Part shown: positions 50,100 to 59,788 of the stretch, piece after piece
How the letters are laid out: the number at the start of each line of letters is the position of its first letter
How positions within the stretch are numbered: position 1 is the first letter of the stretch
Source of the DNA: an uncultured Gemmatimonadales bacterium
GTDB taxonomy: Bacteria > Gemmatimonadota > Gemmatimonadetes > Palauibacterales > Palauibacteraceae
DNA length: 64,000 nucleotides
Direction of reading: 5' to 3'
NCBI GenBank assembly: GCA_963783385.1
Contig: CAWANJ010000009.1
Coordinates: 160,001-224,000, forward strand
Notes under the pieces: generated by a model
What the model saw: only the letters and a program-made list of their open reading frames with translations
Database searches by the model: none
What the model was told of the DNA's origin: nothing
Translations under genes and position numbers: made by a program

Positions 50100-51761
50100 A
50101 TGAAGCTCAAGCGATCGTGGATTCCCGCCCTCGTGGTCGCCCTCGTGGCCCTCGCCAGCGGCGGCTGGCTGCTCCAGCAGGGGACCCAGGACCAGGACGG
50201 AGCGATGTTCGAGGCCCGGCTCCTCCAGCAGGTCCACCGCATCGTGGCCGAGCGTTACGTGGACGACATCGGCTCGGCCAAGCTGTACAAGATGGCGATC
50301 GACGGAATGCTCGAGGAGCTCCACGACCCCTACAGCGTCCTGCTCGATTCGGCCGACTGGCAGGACCTCCAGCTGAGCACCACCGGGAACTACGGCGGCC
50401 TCGGCATCCGGATCGACAAGCAGGGTGATTGGATCACGGTCGTCGATGTCCTGCCCAACACGCCGGCCGAGCAGGAGGGCCTGCAGACGGGCGACCGGAT
50501 CCTCACCGTCGAGGGAAAGTCGGCGCAGGGGTGGACCACCACCAGGGCGGTCAACACCCTCAGGGGCCCGCAGGGCTCGTCGGTCCAGATCACTGTCGGC
50601 CGCGTGGGGGTGGACCGACCTCTGTCCTTCTCGATCGAGCGTCGGCAGGTGCACGTCGTATCGGTCCAGTCCTTCATGCTGCGCGACCACGTGGGCTACG
50701 TGCGCCTCGACCAGTTCAGTAGGGAAGCTCGCCAGGAGCTGCAGACGGCCATCGACAGCCTCAAGTCCCGGGGGGCGACCCGCCTGGTCTTCGACCTCCG
50801 GTACAACCCCGGCGGACTCCTGGAGGAAGGGGTGGCGGTAGCCGACCTGTTCGTGCCGAACGGCGCTCCGGTGGTGAGCACCCGCGGCCGCGTGGCCTCG
50901 GAGAACGAGACGTACGACGCCTCGGAGCCCGACCAGTATCCGGGCCTGCCCGTCGTCGTGCTCGTGAACGGCTACACCGCCAGCGCGGCCGAGATCGTCT
51001 CCGGGGCGCTCCAGGACCACGACCGGGCCCTGCTGGTGGGTACCACCACGTTCGGCAAGGGCCTGGTGCAGTCGCTCTACAACCTGCCGGGGGACAACCA
51101 CCTCAAGCTCACGACCGGGCGCTGGTACACTCCATCCGGCCGCGACATTCAGAAGCCGCACGGCCAGCAGGCCGAGGCCAACACCCTTCAGGCGAGCGCC
51201 GTCTCGATGACGGGCGAGCCCGTCCAGGTCGAGGCGGACACCGCCAACCGGAAGACCTATCACACGGACGACGGCCGGGTCGTGTACGGGGGCGGAGGGA
51301 TCACGCCCGACCTCCTCATCGCGACCGACACCCTGACGTCCCGGGAGCAGCTCCTGCGTTCCTCGCTCGCCAAGCAGGGCGTCACGGTGAGCATCGCCGC
51401 CTTCCAGTTCGGCGTGAAGTGGGCCAAGGCCCATCCGGACCTCCCCAGGGACTTCCAGGTCACGCCCGCCATGCGGGAGGCGTTTCTCAAGGCGCTGTCC
51501 GACAGGGCGGGCTCCCCGGTCGACCGGAGACTGTTCGACGACTCGAAGCCCTACGTGGACTGGCTGCTGGGTTACCAGGTGGCCAACGCGGCTTTCGGCG
51601 AGGTGGCGCAGCTCCAGCGGCAGTTCACCCTGGACGACCAGCTGCAGCGCTCGGTGGACCTGCTGGCGCAGGCGTCCTCTCCCAAGCAGCTGTTCGCGTT
51701 GGCGCAGCAGCAGAAGGACCACGCGGAGCGACCGGCCACGACCCCGACGTCGGGCAGGTAG
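50100..51761 (+). CDS. S41 family carboxyl-terminal protease (PDZ)
   Basis: GGLGIRI, DLRYNPGGLL, TASAAEIVSGALQDHDRA, TFGKGLVQ, LKLTTGRWYTPSGR. Confidence 0.95.
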   Translation: MKLKRSWIPALVVALVALASGGWLLQQGTQDQDGAMFEARLLQQVHRIVAERYVDDIGSAKLYKMAIDGMLEELHDPYSVLLDSADWQDLQLSTTGNYGGLGIRIDKQGDWITVVDVLPNTPAEQEGLQTGDRILTVEGKSAQGWTTTRAVNTLRGPQGSSVQITVGRVGVDRPLSFSIERRQVHVVSVQSFMLRDHVGYVRLDQFSREARQELQTAIDSLKSRGATRLVFDLRYNPGGLLEEGVAVADLFVPNGAPVVSTRGRVASENETYDASEPDQYPGLPVVVLVNGYTASAAEIVSGALQDHDRALLVGTTTFGKGLVQSLYNLPGDNHLKLTTGRWYTPSGRDIQKPHGQQAEANTLQASAVSMTGEPVQVEADTANRKTYHTDDGRVVYGGGGITPDLLIATDTLTSREQLLRSSLAKQGVTVSIAAFQFGVKWAKAHPDLPRDFQVTPAMREAFLKALSDRAGSPVDRRLFDDSKPYVDWLLGYQVANAAFGEVAQLQRQFTLDDQLQRSVDLLAQASSPKQLFALAQQQKDHAERPATTPTSGR

Positions 51762-51831
51762 CGGCGAGGCGAGGTGGGTCGCCGCACCGGGCGATCTCCA
51801 GGTCCCGGACTCCAGTCGGAGGAGGTAGGCC

Positions 51832-52260
51832 ATGGCACGCGTGCGCAGGGTTCTCGCAGGAGTTTCGGTCGTCGTGCTGGCCGCGTGCGCCTCGGGGACG
51901 GGCGGTTCGGGAGGCGGCTCGGCTACGGGTAGCGTGATCACCGCCCGCGACCTGGACGGTACGACCTGGACGACGGCCTACCAGGTGCTGCAGAACAACC
52001 ACAATCTGCGGGTCACCGACCAGGGAGTGTTCCTGCGGAACCGCGGGCCGCTCACCATCAATGCGTCCAACCAGGACCTCAGCATGCTGCTGGTCCTCGA
52101 TGGTACCCAGATCCACCGGGGCGTGCCCGACATCCTGCGCTCGATCGACGTCCACCAGATCGTGAGCATCCGCATCCTCACGGGCGGCGAGGCCGGGGGC
52201 CGTTACGGGAGTGACGGGGGCAACGGCGTGCTGATAGTCCAGACACAGCGCCGGAGCTGA
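51832..52260 (+). CDS. Lipoprotein consisting only of a TonB-dependent-receptor plug domain
   Basis: LAAC lipobox, SVITARDL..TAYQVLQ, LLVLDG..LRSIDVHQIVSIRILTGGEAGGRYGSDGGNGVLIVQT; no barrel. Confidence 0.85.
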   Translation: MARVRRVLAGVSVVVLAACASGTGGSGGGSATGSVITARDLDGTTWTTAYQVLQNNHNLRVTDQGVFLRNRGPLTINASNQDLSMLLVLDGTQIHRGVPDILRSIDVHQIVSIRILTGGEAGGRYGSDGGNGVLIVQTQRRS

Positions 52261-52286
52261 CGGGCACCGAGCCCTCCGATCCAACC

Positions 52287-52454
52287 GGCCGTGTGAAGAC
52301 GCGCCTCGCCCTCTGCCTCGGGGAGCTGGGCGCGGCGGCCCTCTACCGGTCGTTCCTCGACGACATGACCGGAGCGGGGCGCGCCCTCGGGCTCCACGTC
52401 CACCGTCTTCCCGCGTGGTACGACGTGGGCCGGCACTGGGAGTCCCTGGCGTGA
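52287..52454 (+). pseudogene. Internally deleted DUF2064/TIGR04282 (CofC-like) gene remnant; 53-aa ORF from GTG 52293
   Basis: GRVKTRLALCLGELGAAALYRSFLDD is fused directly to RALGLHVHRLPAWYDV, the N- and C-terminal family motifs. Confidence 0.7.
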
Positions 52455-53380
52455 GCCGGGAGCCGGGCCCCCGTTCGCGGGCCGGTGCGCTGCGGGCGTC
52501 CCCGGGTCTCGTGCTGGGGCTGTTCGGCGTCTCGTGGTCGGCGGTGCTCATCCGGCTCGCGGCCGTCGAGACCCCGGTGGCCGTCCTGTGGCGCATCCTG
52601 TTCTCGCTGGTCCTCGTTCTCCCCCTGGCCCTGAGGGAGGCATCGCGCCGGGCTCTCGGGAGTCTCTCGGCCCGGGCGTGGGGAGCGCTCGCCCTGTCGG
52701 GCGGCTGTCTGGCCGCGCACCTGCTGCTCTGGTTCGCCTCCGTCGAGAGGACGAGCGTGGCCAGCGCGACCGTGCTCGTGGCCGTCACGCCCGTGTTCGT
52801 GGCGCTCCTGTCGGCGGTCTGGCTGCGCGAGCCTCCCACGGCGCGCGAGTGGGAGGGTATCGGGCTCGCCGTGATCGGGTCGGCCATCGTGGGCTGGCGA
52901 GACATCGGGGCCGGCCCGGGCGTGCTTCGGGGAGACCTGCTGGCGCTCCTGGCCGCGGGGGCTGCGGCCCTGTACTTCGTCCTCGGGAGGAGGCTGCGCC
53001 GCCGCCTCGGCCTGTGGAGCTACGTCGCGCCGGTGTACGTCGTGGCGGCGCTGGTCAGCCTGGCCGTGGCGCGTGCAGGCGGATCGCCCCTCACCGGTTT
53101 CAGGCCGGCGGCATGGGGCTGGCTGGCCGCCATGGCGGCTGGACCCATGCTCCTGGGACACACCAGCTTCAACTGGGCGCTGGAGTACGTCAGGGCCTAT
53201 GTTGTGAGCCTGGTGATGCTTCTGGAGCCCGTCACGGCGACGCTGCTGGCCGTACTGGTCCTCGGACCCGGTGAGATGCCGCCTCCCGTGGCGGCCGCCG
53301 GCGCCGTGGCCATCCTGGCCGGCGTCGCCGTGGTGCTCCGGAGCCGGACGAGGTCCAGGAGTACGGAGGCAGCGGCGTGA
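52451..53380 (+). CDS. DMT/EamA family transporter
   Basis: VSWSAVLIRLA, HLLLWFASVERTSVASATVLV, GHTSFNWAL, LLEPVTATLLA. Confidence 0.92.
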   Translation: MSREPGPRSRAGALRASPGLVLGLFGVSWSAVLIRLAAVETPVAVLWRILFSLVLVLPLALREASRRALGSLSARAWGALALSGGCLAAHLLLWFASVERTSVASATVLVAVTPVFVALLSAVWLREPPTAREWEGIGLAVIGSAIVGWRDIGAGPGVLRGDLLALLAAGAAALYFVLGRRLRRRLGLWSYVAPVYVVAALVSLAVARAGGSPLTGFRPAAWGWLAAMAAGPMLLGHTSFNWALEYVRAYVVSLVMLLEPVTATLLAVLVLGPGEMPPPVAAAGAVAILAGVAVVLRSRTRSRSTEAAA

Positions 53381-54399
53381 GCGAGGCGGGCGGACGGGTC
53401 CGCGTGTCGCGGGGGGACGAGACCGAGTCGATCCACCGGGTCGACGCGGTGGTGGTCGGACGGAGCCCGGGCGAGGAGGTCCGGTTCGGGGACCCGGACC
53501 ACCTCGCCTTCTGGCGCTCGGCGTTCAAGCCGTTCCAGGCCCTGCCCCTGGTGGAGGATGGCGTGGCCGCGGTGCTGGGCTGGGGCCCCCGCGAGCTCGC
53601 CCTGGCCGCCGCGTCCCACTCCGGGACGCCCGCGCACGTCCAGCTGGCGGCCGCCATGCTCGCCGACGCCGGCCTGTCCCCGGGAGACCTGGAGTGCGGT
53701 GCCCACCCGCCCTACGACCGGGAGTCGGCGGAAGCCGTGCTGCGCGAAGGGGCGGGGTACACGCCGCTCCACAACAATTGCTCCGGCAAGCACGCCGGCA
53801 TGCTGGCCCTGGCCGTGCACCACGGTTGGCCGACGGCGGGCTACATCGAGGCGGGGCACCCCGTCCAGGCACGCATCCGCGAGGGACTGGACCGGTGGCT
53901 GGATGTCGATCCGGATTCGTTGGAGTGGGCCCGCGACGGCTGCGGCGTACCGACGGCGTATCTCAGCCTGCGCCAGATGGCCCGGGCGTACGCGCGACTC
54001 GGCCGGGCCGCGGAGGCGGGCGAGGAGGCGCCGCAGGCTATTGTCGGTGCGATGAGGGCGCACCCGGACCTTGTCGCCGGCCCGGGGCGGTCGGTCACGC
54101 GGATCATGCAGGACACGGCGGGACGCCTGCTGGCGAAAGAGGGAGCCGAGGGGGTGTTCTGCGTGGCGGCTCCGGCCGAGGGATGGGGCCTGGCGCTCAA
54201 GGTCGTCGATGGGGCGACGCGGGCCGCCGGGCCGGCGCTCGTGGAGATCCTCTCGTCGCTGGGGTTGTTGTCGGCGTCGGAGCTCGACCGCCTGGTCGAT
54301 GTCGGCTGTCCGTCCGTGCGCAACGTGATGGGGGTGGAGGTCGGGCTCATCACGGCCCACATGCATGGGACGGTGGCGCCCGTGGCCGGAGGGCCGTGA
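53377..54399 (+). CDS. L-asparaginase II (Rhizobium AnsA type)
   Basis: RSAFKPFQA, ASHSG, HNNCSGKHAG, DGCGVP, KEGAEG, KVVDGATRA. Confidence 0.9.
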   Translation: MSEAGGRVRVSRGDETESIHRVDAVVVGRSPGEEVRFGDPDHLAFWRSAFKPFQALPLVEDGVAAVLGWGPRELALAAASHSGTPAHVQLAAAMLADAGLSPGDLECGAHPPYDRESAEAVLREGAGYTPLHNNCSGKHAGMLALAVHHGWPTAGYIEAGHPVQARIREGLDRWLDVDPDSLEWARDGCGVPTAYLSLRQMARAYARLGRAAEAGEEAPQAIVGAMRAHPDLVAGPGRSVTRIMQDTAGRLLAKEGAEGVFCVAAPAEGWGLALKVVDGATRAAGPALVEILSSLGLLSASELDRLVDVGCPSVRNVMGVEVGLITAHMHGTVAPVAGGP

Positions 54400-55061
54400 C
54401 GGGCGCGAGTGGATCGGACTCGGGCGAGAGCGTCCTCGTGGAGATCTCGGCGGCCCTCGGCGCGGGGGGCGGACCGCAGCTCGAGAAAGTCCTGGCTCGG
54501 GCCCGGGACGCCGTGGTTGCGGGGGAGCTCGAGGCTCGGGCGGTCGAGGAAGGGCTTCTCCAGGCTTACCTGTTCGTGGGCTTCCCGGGCGTGCTCGAGG
54601 CCTTCTCCGCCTGGCGCGGAGCCGTGCCGGACGAGGGGCGCCCGGCCGAGTCGGACGGGGATACGGGGAACCGGGAGGCCCGGCATGAGGAGCGGGGGCG
54701 CCGGGTGTGCCGGGCCGTGTACGGGTCCGCCTACGATCGCCTCCGGGCCAATGTCCGCCGGCTGCACCCGGACCTCGACCGATGGATGATCCGCGAAGGC
54801 TACGGGAAGGTGCTCGGGCGTCCGGGCCTCGATCTGGCGGAGCGCGAGCTGTGCATCGTGGCGCTGCTCGCCGCCGCGGGCAGGGGCCCGCAGCTCCATT
54901 CTCACCTGCGTGGCGCGCTTCGCAACGGGGCCGGGGCCGCCCGGACGAGGGCCGCGCTCGAGGCGGGTCTGGCCCGGCTCGTCGATCCGGCCAGGCGCGA
55001 CGAGCTCGAGTCCCTGTGGGATCGAGTGCTGCGCTCGGCCCGGGGGGACGGCGACGTGTGA
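54396..55061 (+). CDS. Carboxymuconolactone decarboxylase (CMD) family protein
   Basis: LLQAYLFVGFP, GYGKVLGRPGLDLAERELCIVALL..QLHSHLRGALRNGA. Confidence 0.85.
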   Translation: MTGASGSDSGESVLVEISAALGAGGGPQLEKVLARARDAVVAGELEARAVEEGLLQAYLFVGFPGVLEAFSAWRGAVPDEGRPAESDGDTGNREARHEERGRRVCRAVYGSAYDRLRANVRRLHPDLDRWMIREGYGKVLGRPGLDLAERELCIVALLAAAGRGPQLHSHLRGALRNGAGAARTRAALEAGLARLVDPARRDELESLWDRVLRSARGDGDV

Positions 55062-55139
55062 GCGCGGCGCGGAAGTCCGTCGGAGCGTGGCTCCGCCGGG
55101 CCGGCGTCCGCCGGGCCCGTCGATCCGTGGCCTCTCGTG

Positions 55140-55175
55140 TATCACATGATATCAATACATTGAACATACGGTATG
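55140..55175. promoter_or_regulatory. AT-rich array of three adjacent palindromes upstream of obgE
   Basis: TATCA-CA-TGATA, TCAAT-AC-ATTGA, CATAC-G-GTATG. Confidence 0.45.
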
Positions 55176-55209
55176 ACATGCTCGTAGAACGGACCAAAGA
55201 TCGTCTCGT

Positions 55210-56256
55210 ATGACCTTCGTCGACCGGACCGAGATCGAGGTCGAGGCGGGGAGCGGCGGGGACGGCGCGCTCGCCTTCCGGCGCGAGAAGGGCGTGCCGC
55301 GCGGCGGGCCGGCCGGAGGGGACGGCGGGCGCGGGGGCGACGTCGTGCTGGTCGCCGACCCCAACCTGGACACCCTGCTCGACTACCGATACCGGAGCGT
55401 GTACCGGGCGGGGCGGGGCGGCAACGGAGGGGGGAGCCGTCGAACGGGAGCCGACGGCGACGAGCTCGTCCTGCCGGTGCCCCCGGGGACCGTGGCCGTG
55501 GACGCCGCATCCGGACGCAGGCTCCGCGAGCTGCTCGAGGAGGGGGACCGGCTCGTCGTGGCCCGCGGTGGGCGCGGAGGGCGGGGCAACGCGGCCTTCG
55601 CCACCGCCACGCGGCAGGCGCCGCGGCGACACGAGGAGGGAGAGCCGGGCGAGAGCCTGCGGGTGGTGCTCGAGCTCAAGCTGATCGCCGACGTGGGACT
55701 GGTGGGTCAGCCGAACGCGGGCAAGTCGACGCTGTTGTCGCGTCTGTCGGCGGCCCGCCCGAAGGTGGCGTCGTATCCGTTCACCACCCTGCAGCCGGGG
55801 CTGGGCGTGGTGGCGCTGTCGGGCGAGCGCTCCTTCGTCATGGCCGACATCCCGGGGCTCATCGAGGGCGCCCACGAGGGCCGGGGCCTCGGAACCCGGT
55901 TCCTCAGGCACGTGGAGCGTACGCGGACGCTCGCCTTCCTGGTCCCGGTGGACGACCCTGACCCGGCGACGACGTACGAGCTGCTGCGGGCCGAGCTCCG
56001 CGGCCACGACGCGGCCCTCACGCGGCTGCCGCACTGCGTTGTCCTCAGCAAGGCGGACCTCCTGGCTCCCGGGGAGGAGCCGCCCGCGCTCGAGGCGCCG
56101 GACGCCTGGGGCATGTTCACGGTCTCCGCGGTCAGCGGGCGCGGCCTCGACCGTCTGGCCGAGGCCCTGTGGGAGCGGGTCCGAGAGGAGAAGGAGCGTG
56201 CCAGTGCCCGCCGGGGCGAGGAACCCTTCCCGGAGCTCGAGGAGTGGACGCCCTAG
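55210..56256 (+). CDS. obgE: GTPase ObgE
   Basis: FRREKGVPRGGPAGGDGGRGG, LELKLIADVGLVGQPNAGKSTLL, YPFTTL, DIPGLIEGA. Confidence 0.97.
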   Translation: MTFVDRTEIEVEAGSGGDGALAFRREKGVPRGGPAGGDGGRGGDVVLVADPNLDTLLDYRYRSVYRAGRGGNGGGSRRTGADGDELVLPVPPGTVAVDAASGRRLRELLEEGDRLVVARGGRGGRGNAAFATATRQAPRRHEEGEPGESLRVVLELKLIADVGLVGQPNAGKSTLLSRLSAARPKVASYPFTTLQPGLGVVALSGERSFVMADIPGLIEGAHEGRGLGTRFLRHVERTRTLAFLVPVDDPDPATTYELLRAELRGHDAALTRLPHCVVLSKADLLAPGEEPPALEAPDAWGMFTVSAVSGRGLDRLAEALWERVREEKERASARRGEEPFPELEEWTP

Positions 56257-56258
56257 GC

Positions 56259-57457
56259 GTGGTCGGCCGCCCGAGCGCGGGCGGGTCCGACCGCGCCGAG
56301 CGGGCCGAGCTGTGCGCTGCCCTGGCGCTGGCCGGGGTGGAGGGTCTCGGTCCGGCGGGCGCGCGGCGCCTCCTCGACCTGCACGGCTCTCCCCGGGCCG
56401 TGCTGACGAGGGCCGGGGGGCCGGGGAGCCTCGATCCGGACCCCCCGCCGGGCCTTCGGCGTCCGGGGCGTCGCGTGGAGGAGCGGCTGCGGCGTGTCCG
56501 GTCCGTGCCCGAGACACGCCTCCACGAGCTCGACGCGGCCGGCATTCGCGTGGTCCGCTACGGCGGACCCGGCTATCCGCCCATCCTGGGCGACCTTCAC
56601 CATCCGCCCATCGTCCTCTACCTCCAGGGACCGCTGCCCCTCCCCGTGGAACGGGCGGTCGCCGTGGTGGGAACCCGGCGCGCCACGGAGTATGGGCGGA
56701 GGCTGGCCCGGGACCTGGCGGGCGATCTCGCCGCGTCGGGCGTGTGCGTCGTGAGCGGCATGGCCCGGGGGATCGACGGTGCGGCCCACCGGGCCGCGCT
56801 GGACGCCGGGGGACCCACGGCCGGGGTCGTGGCCGGCGGTCTCGACGTGGAGTACCCGGCCGCCCACAGGTCCCTGTTCGCCGCCATGCGCGAGCGTGGC
56901 GTGCTGGCCAGCGAGTTTCCGCCCGGCACCCGTCCGGAGGCGGGCCTGTTCCCCCGCCGGAACCGCATCATCGCGGCTCTGGGCCGGGTCACGGTGGTCG
57001 TCCAGGCCGGCCGCCCCAGCGGAGCGCTCATCACCGCATCGCATGCGCTGGAGCTGGGGCGGGAGGTGGGCGCGGTTCCCGGCCCGGTGGGGCCCGAGGC
57101 CAGCGCGGGCGTCCACGCGTTGCTGCGTGATGGGGCGGCGGTGGTGACGTCGGCGGCCGACGTGCTGGAGCTGCTCGACGGGCTCGGGGGCGCGGCTCGG
57201 GTCGGGGGGCTCGCTGCGTCGACCCGGACGCGCTCCCCGGGGCCGGGGCGCTTCCCGATGCCGACCGCGCGCCGGCCGGGCGCGTGTGGGCGGCGGTATC
57301 GGAGGGGCCGTGCCCCGGCGACGTTCTGGCAGAGCGATCCGGGCTGCCGCATCCGGCGGCTCGCGCGCTCCTGGATCGCCTCGAGTTGGCCGGGATCCTC
57401 GGGGCGCTGCCGGGCGATCGGTACGAGCGTCGACGCTTCCGGACGGAGGCGAGGTGA
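56259..57457 (+). CDS. dprA: DNA-processing protein DprA; frameshift near the G run at ~57205
   Basis: AVVGTRRATEYG, VSGMARGIDGAAH, FPRRNRIIAAL, SGALITA; shifted frame gives the winged helix DVLAERSGL..LDRLELAG. Confidence 0.92.
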
Positions 57458-58740
57458 GCCCTTCGGTCCACGCCGTTCCGCTGCTGCCGCCGGCCGGGGA
57501 GCGCCCGGCTCTCCCGCCGCTGCGCGGTGTGGCGGCGCCTCGATCGGTCTATGTGCACGTGCCCTTCTGTCGCCACCGGTGCGACTACTGCGCCTTCTCG
57601 GTGGCGCGCGCCGCCGCGCCCCCCGTCGAGGCCTGGTTGGACGCCGTGCGGCGAGAGCTGGAACTCTGGTTCGAAGTGGCCGGATGGACGGACCGGATCG
57701 AGCTGGACACGATCTACGTGGGCGGAGGCACGCCCTCGCTACTGGGGTGCGCCGGCATGGAGCGGCTCGCCGTCCTCCTGGGGGAGCGCTTCCGCTGGGA
57801 CCCGGCCACGGTGGAATGGACGGCCGAGGCCAACCCCACGTCCCTGCACGTGGACGTGGCCCGGAAGTGGCGGGACGTGGGCGTCAACCGGCTCAGCCTG
57901 GGCGTACAGGCGTTCGACGACGAGGTGCTGGCCTGGCTGGGCCGCGAGCACGACGCCGCCGGGGCCCGGCGCGCCGTCGAGCGAGGTCGGGCGGCGGGAT
58001 TCGAGAATCTGAACGTGGATCTCCTGTTCGGCCTTCCCGAGGACATCCCCCGGACGTGGCGCCGTGAGGTGGTGGAGGCGCGGGACCTGGGGGTGGGTCA
58101 CCTGAGCCTGTACGGGCTCTCGGCGGAGCCCCGCACGCCCCTGGGCCGCCGCGTGGAGCTGGGGCGCACCCTGATGCCGGGGGACGAACCGTACGCCCGG
58201 GACTACCTGGTGGCCGTCGATGTCCTCTCCGACGTGGGCTACGTTCACTACGAGGTGTCCAACTTCGCTCGCCCGGGACTCGAGTGCCGCCACAACTGGT
58301 GCTACTGGGACGGCGCGGCGTACCTTGGTCTCGGCCCTTCGGCCCATACGTTTCTCCCACCGTATCGGATCTGGAACGTGTTCCGCTGGGACGCGTATCG
58401 TAGGGCGGTGACCAGCGTGGCCGCGACCAAGGCCGTCCCGATCGGGACGGGCGGAGGCGCGGCCTCGCTGCGCGAGGGATGGGAGGAGGTCCGGGGCCAT
58501 CTGGCGCGGCTGGAACGGTTGTGGCTCGGTCTGCGGACGCGCCGCGGACTCTCCCGGGCCGACCCGGCCTGGCGATCGGCGGCGAGCGGGTCCGGCGATC
58601 GATTGGCCCGCTGGATGCGGGCGGGCTGGGTCCGCGAGGTGGACGATCGGCATGGCCGGAGGATTCGTCTGACGCCCACGGGGTGGATGCGCATGGACGA
58701 GCTGGTGACACGGCTCGCCGGAGAACGACGGGAACGCTGA
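57454..58740 (+). CDS. hemW: Radical SAM heme chaperone HemW
   Basis: YVHVPFCRHRCDYCAF, GGGTPS, EANP, HYEVSNFA..CRHNWCYW; upstream of hrcA. Confidence 0.9.
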   Translation: MSPSVHAVPLLPPAGERPALPPLRGVAAPRSVYVHVPFCRHRCDYCAFSVARAAAPPVEAWLDAVRRELELWFEVAGWTDRIELDTIYVGGGTPSLLGCAGMERLAVLLGERFRWDPATVEWTAEANPTSLHVDVARKWRDVGVNRLSLGVQAFDDEVLAWLGREHDAAGARRAVERGRAAGFENLNVDLLFGLPEDIPRTWRREVVEARDLGVGHLSLYGLSAEPRTPLGRRVELGRTLMPGDEPYARDYLVAVDVLSDVGYVHYEVSNFARPGLECRHNWCYWDGAAYLGLGPSAHTFLPPYRIWNVFRWDAYRRAVTSVAATKAVPIGTGGGAASLREGWEEVRGHLARLERLWLGLRTRRGLSRADPAWRSAASGSGDRLARWMRAGWVREVDDRHGRRIRLTPTGWMRMDELVTRLAGERRER

Positions 58741-59786
58741 TGGAGGAGAAGCTCACCGAACGGGAGCGCGCGGTGCTCCTGGCCGTCATCCAGTCCTACG
58801 TACTCACGGCCGAGCCCACCGGCTCGCGTGTCGTGGCGCGGGACTGCGGCCTCGGCGTGTCCCCCGCCACCGTGCGCAACACCATGGCGGACCTGGAGGA
58901 GAAGGGGCTTCTCACCCATCCACATCCGTCCGCCGGCCGGCTTCCGACGGACCGCGCGTACCGCTACTACGTGGATGGCTTCATGGCGCGTCGACCCCTG
59001 TCGGAGAAGGAGCGGGACCGGATCCGACAGGAGCTGGCCGCCAGCGCGGAGGTGGGCGCCATCGACGAGCTCGTGGGCCGGGCCGCCCGGGTGCTGAGCC
59101 TCCTCACCGGAGAGCTCGGCCTGGCGGTGGGCCCGGCGCTGGCCTCCGCGGTGCTGCAGCGCCTGGAGCTGGTGCCGGTCGACTCGGAGAAGGCGCTCCT
59201 CGTGCTCACGCTCGAGTCGGGCCTCGTCCGGACCCTGTACGTGGACCTGCCCACGCGGCTGCCCCGGGAGAGCCTGTCCGCCGTGGCCACCGCGCTCAAC
59301 GAGCGGCTGGCCGGGACGACCCTGGAGGAGATCCGCGACGAGCTGACCGAACGACTCCGCGACCTGCCGATCGACCATCCGGCCGCACGCCAGCTGGTGA
59401 ACATCTTCGTGGGATCGGGGCCGGAGATTTTCGACTGGGCGGTGCAGGGAAGGGACGTTCATCTGGGGAGCGCCGCGGCGCTGGCGGAGCAACCCGAGTT
59501 CACGACCGGCGACCGGCTGCGGGCGCTCATCGAGCTCACCGAGCGGCGTGAGCTCCTGGCCTCGATCCTGGGGGAGCGCCTCAAGGCCGGCGAGCCCCAG
59601 GTGACCATCGGGGCGGAGCACAGCACGCCCGAGCTCAGCGAGCTCACGATCGTGACGGCGCCGTACTCGATCGGCGCGCTCCACGGCGTGGTCGGTGTGA
59701 TCGGACCCACGCGCATGGCGTACGAGAAGATCGTGTCCGTCGTGGACACGACGTCGTCGCTCGTCTCCAGCCTCGCGAGGCGCTGA
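58740..59786 (+). CDS. hrcA: Heat-inducible transcription repressor HrcA
   Basis: SPATVRNTMADLEEKG..HPSAGRLPTDRAYRYYVD, GVIGPTRMAYE. Confidence 0.96.
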   Translation: MEEKLTERERAVLLAVIQSYVLTAEPTGSRVVARDCGLGVSPATVRNTMADLEEKGLLTHPHPSAGRLPTDRAYRYYVDGFMARRPLSEKERDRIRQELAASAEVGAIDELVGRAARVLSLLTGELGLAVGPALASAVLQRLELVPVDSEKALLVLTLESGLVRTLYVDLPTRLPRESLSAVATALNERLAGTTLEEIRDELTERLRDLPIDHPAARQLVNIFVGSGPEIFDWAVQGRDVHLGSAAALAEQPEFTTGDRLRALIELTERRELLASILGERLKAGEPQVTIGAEHSTPELSELTIVTAPYSIGALHGVVGVIGPTRMAYEKIVSVVDTTSSLVSSLARR

Positions 59787-59788
59787 CG

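Noticed and set aside
53197-56517. 1106-aa minus-strand ORF and similar long ORFs (35467..38529 +, 20511..23021 -, 18160..20406 +)
   Set aside because: Shadow frames of well-supported genes in high-GC DNA; Arg/Pro/Gly-rich with no domain motifs.
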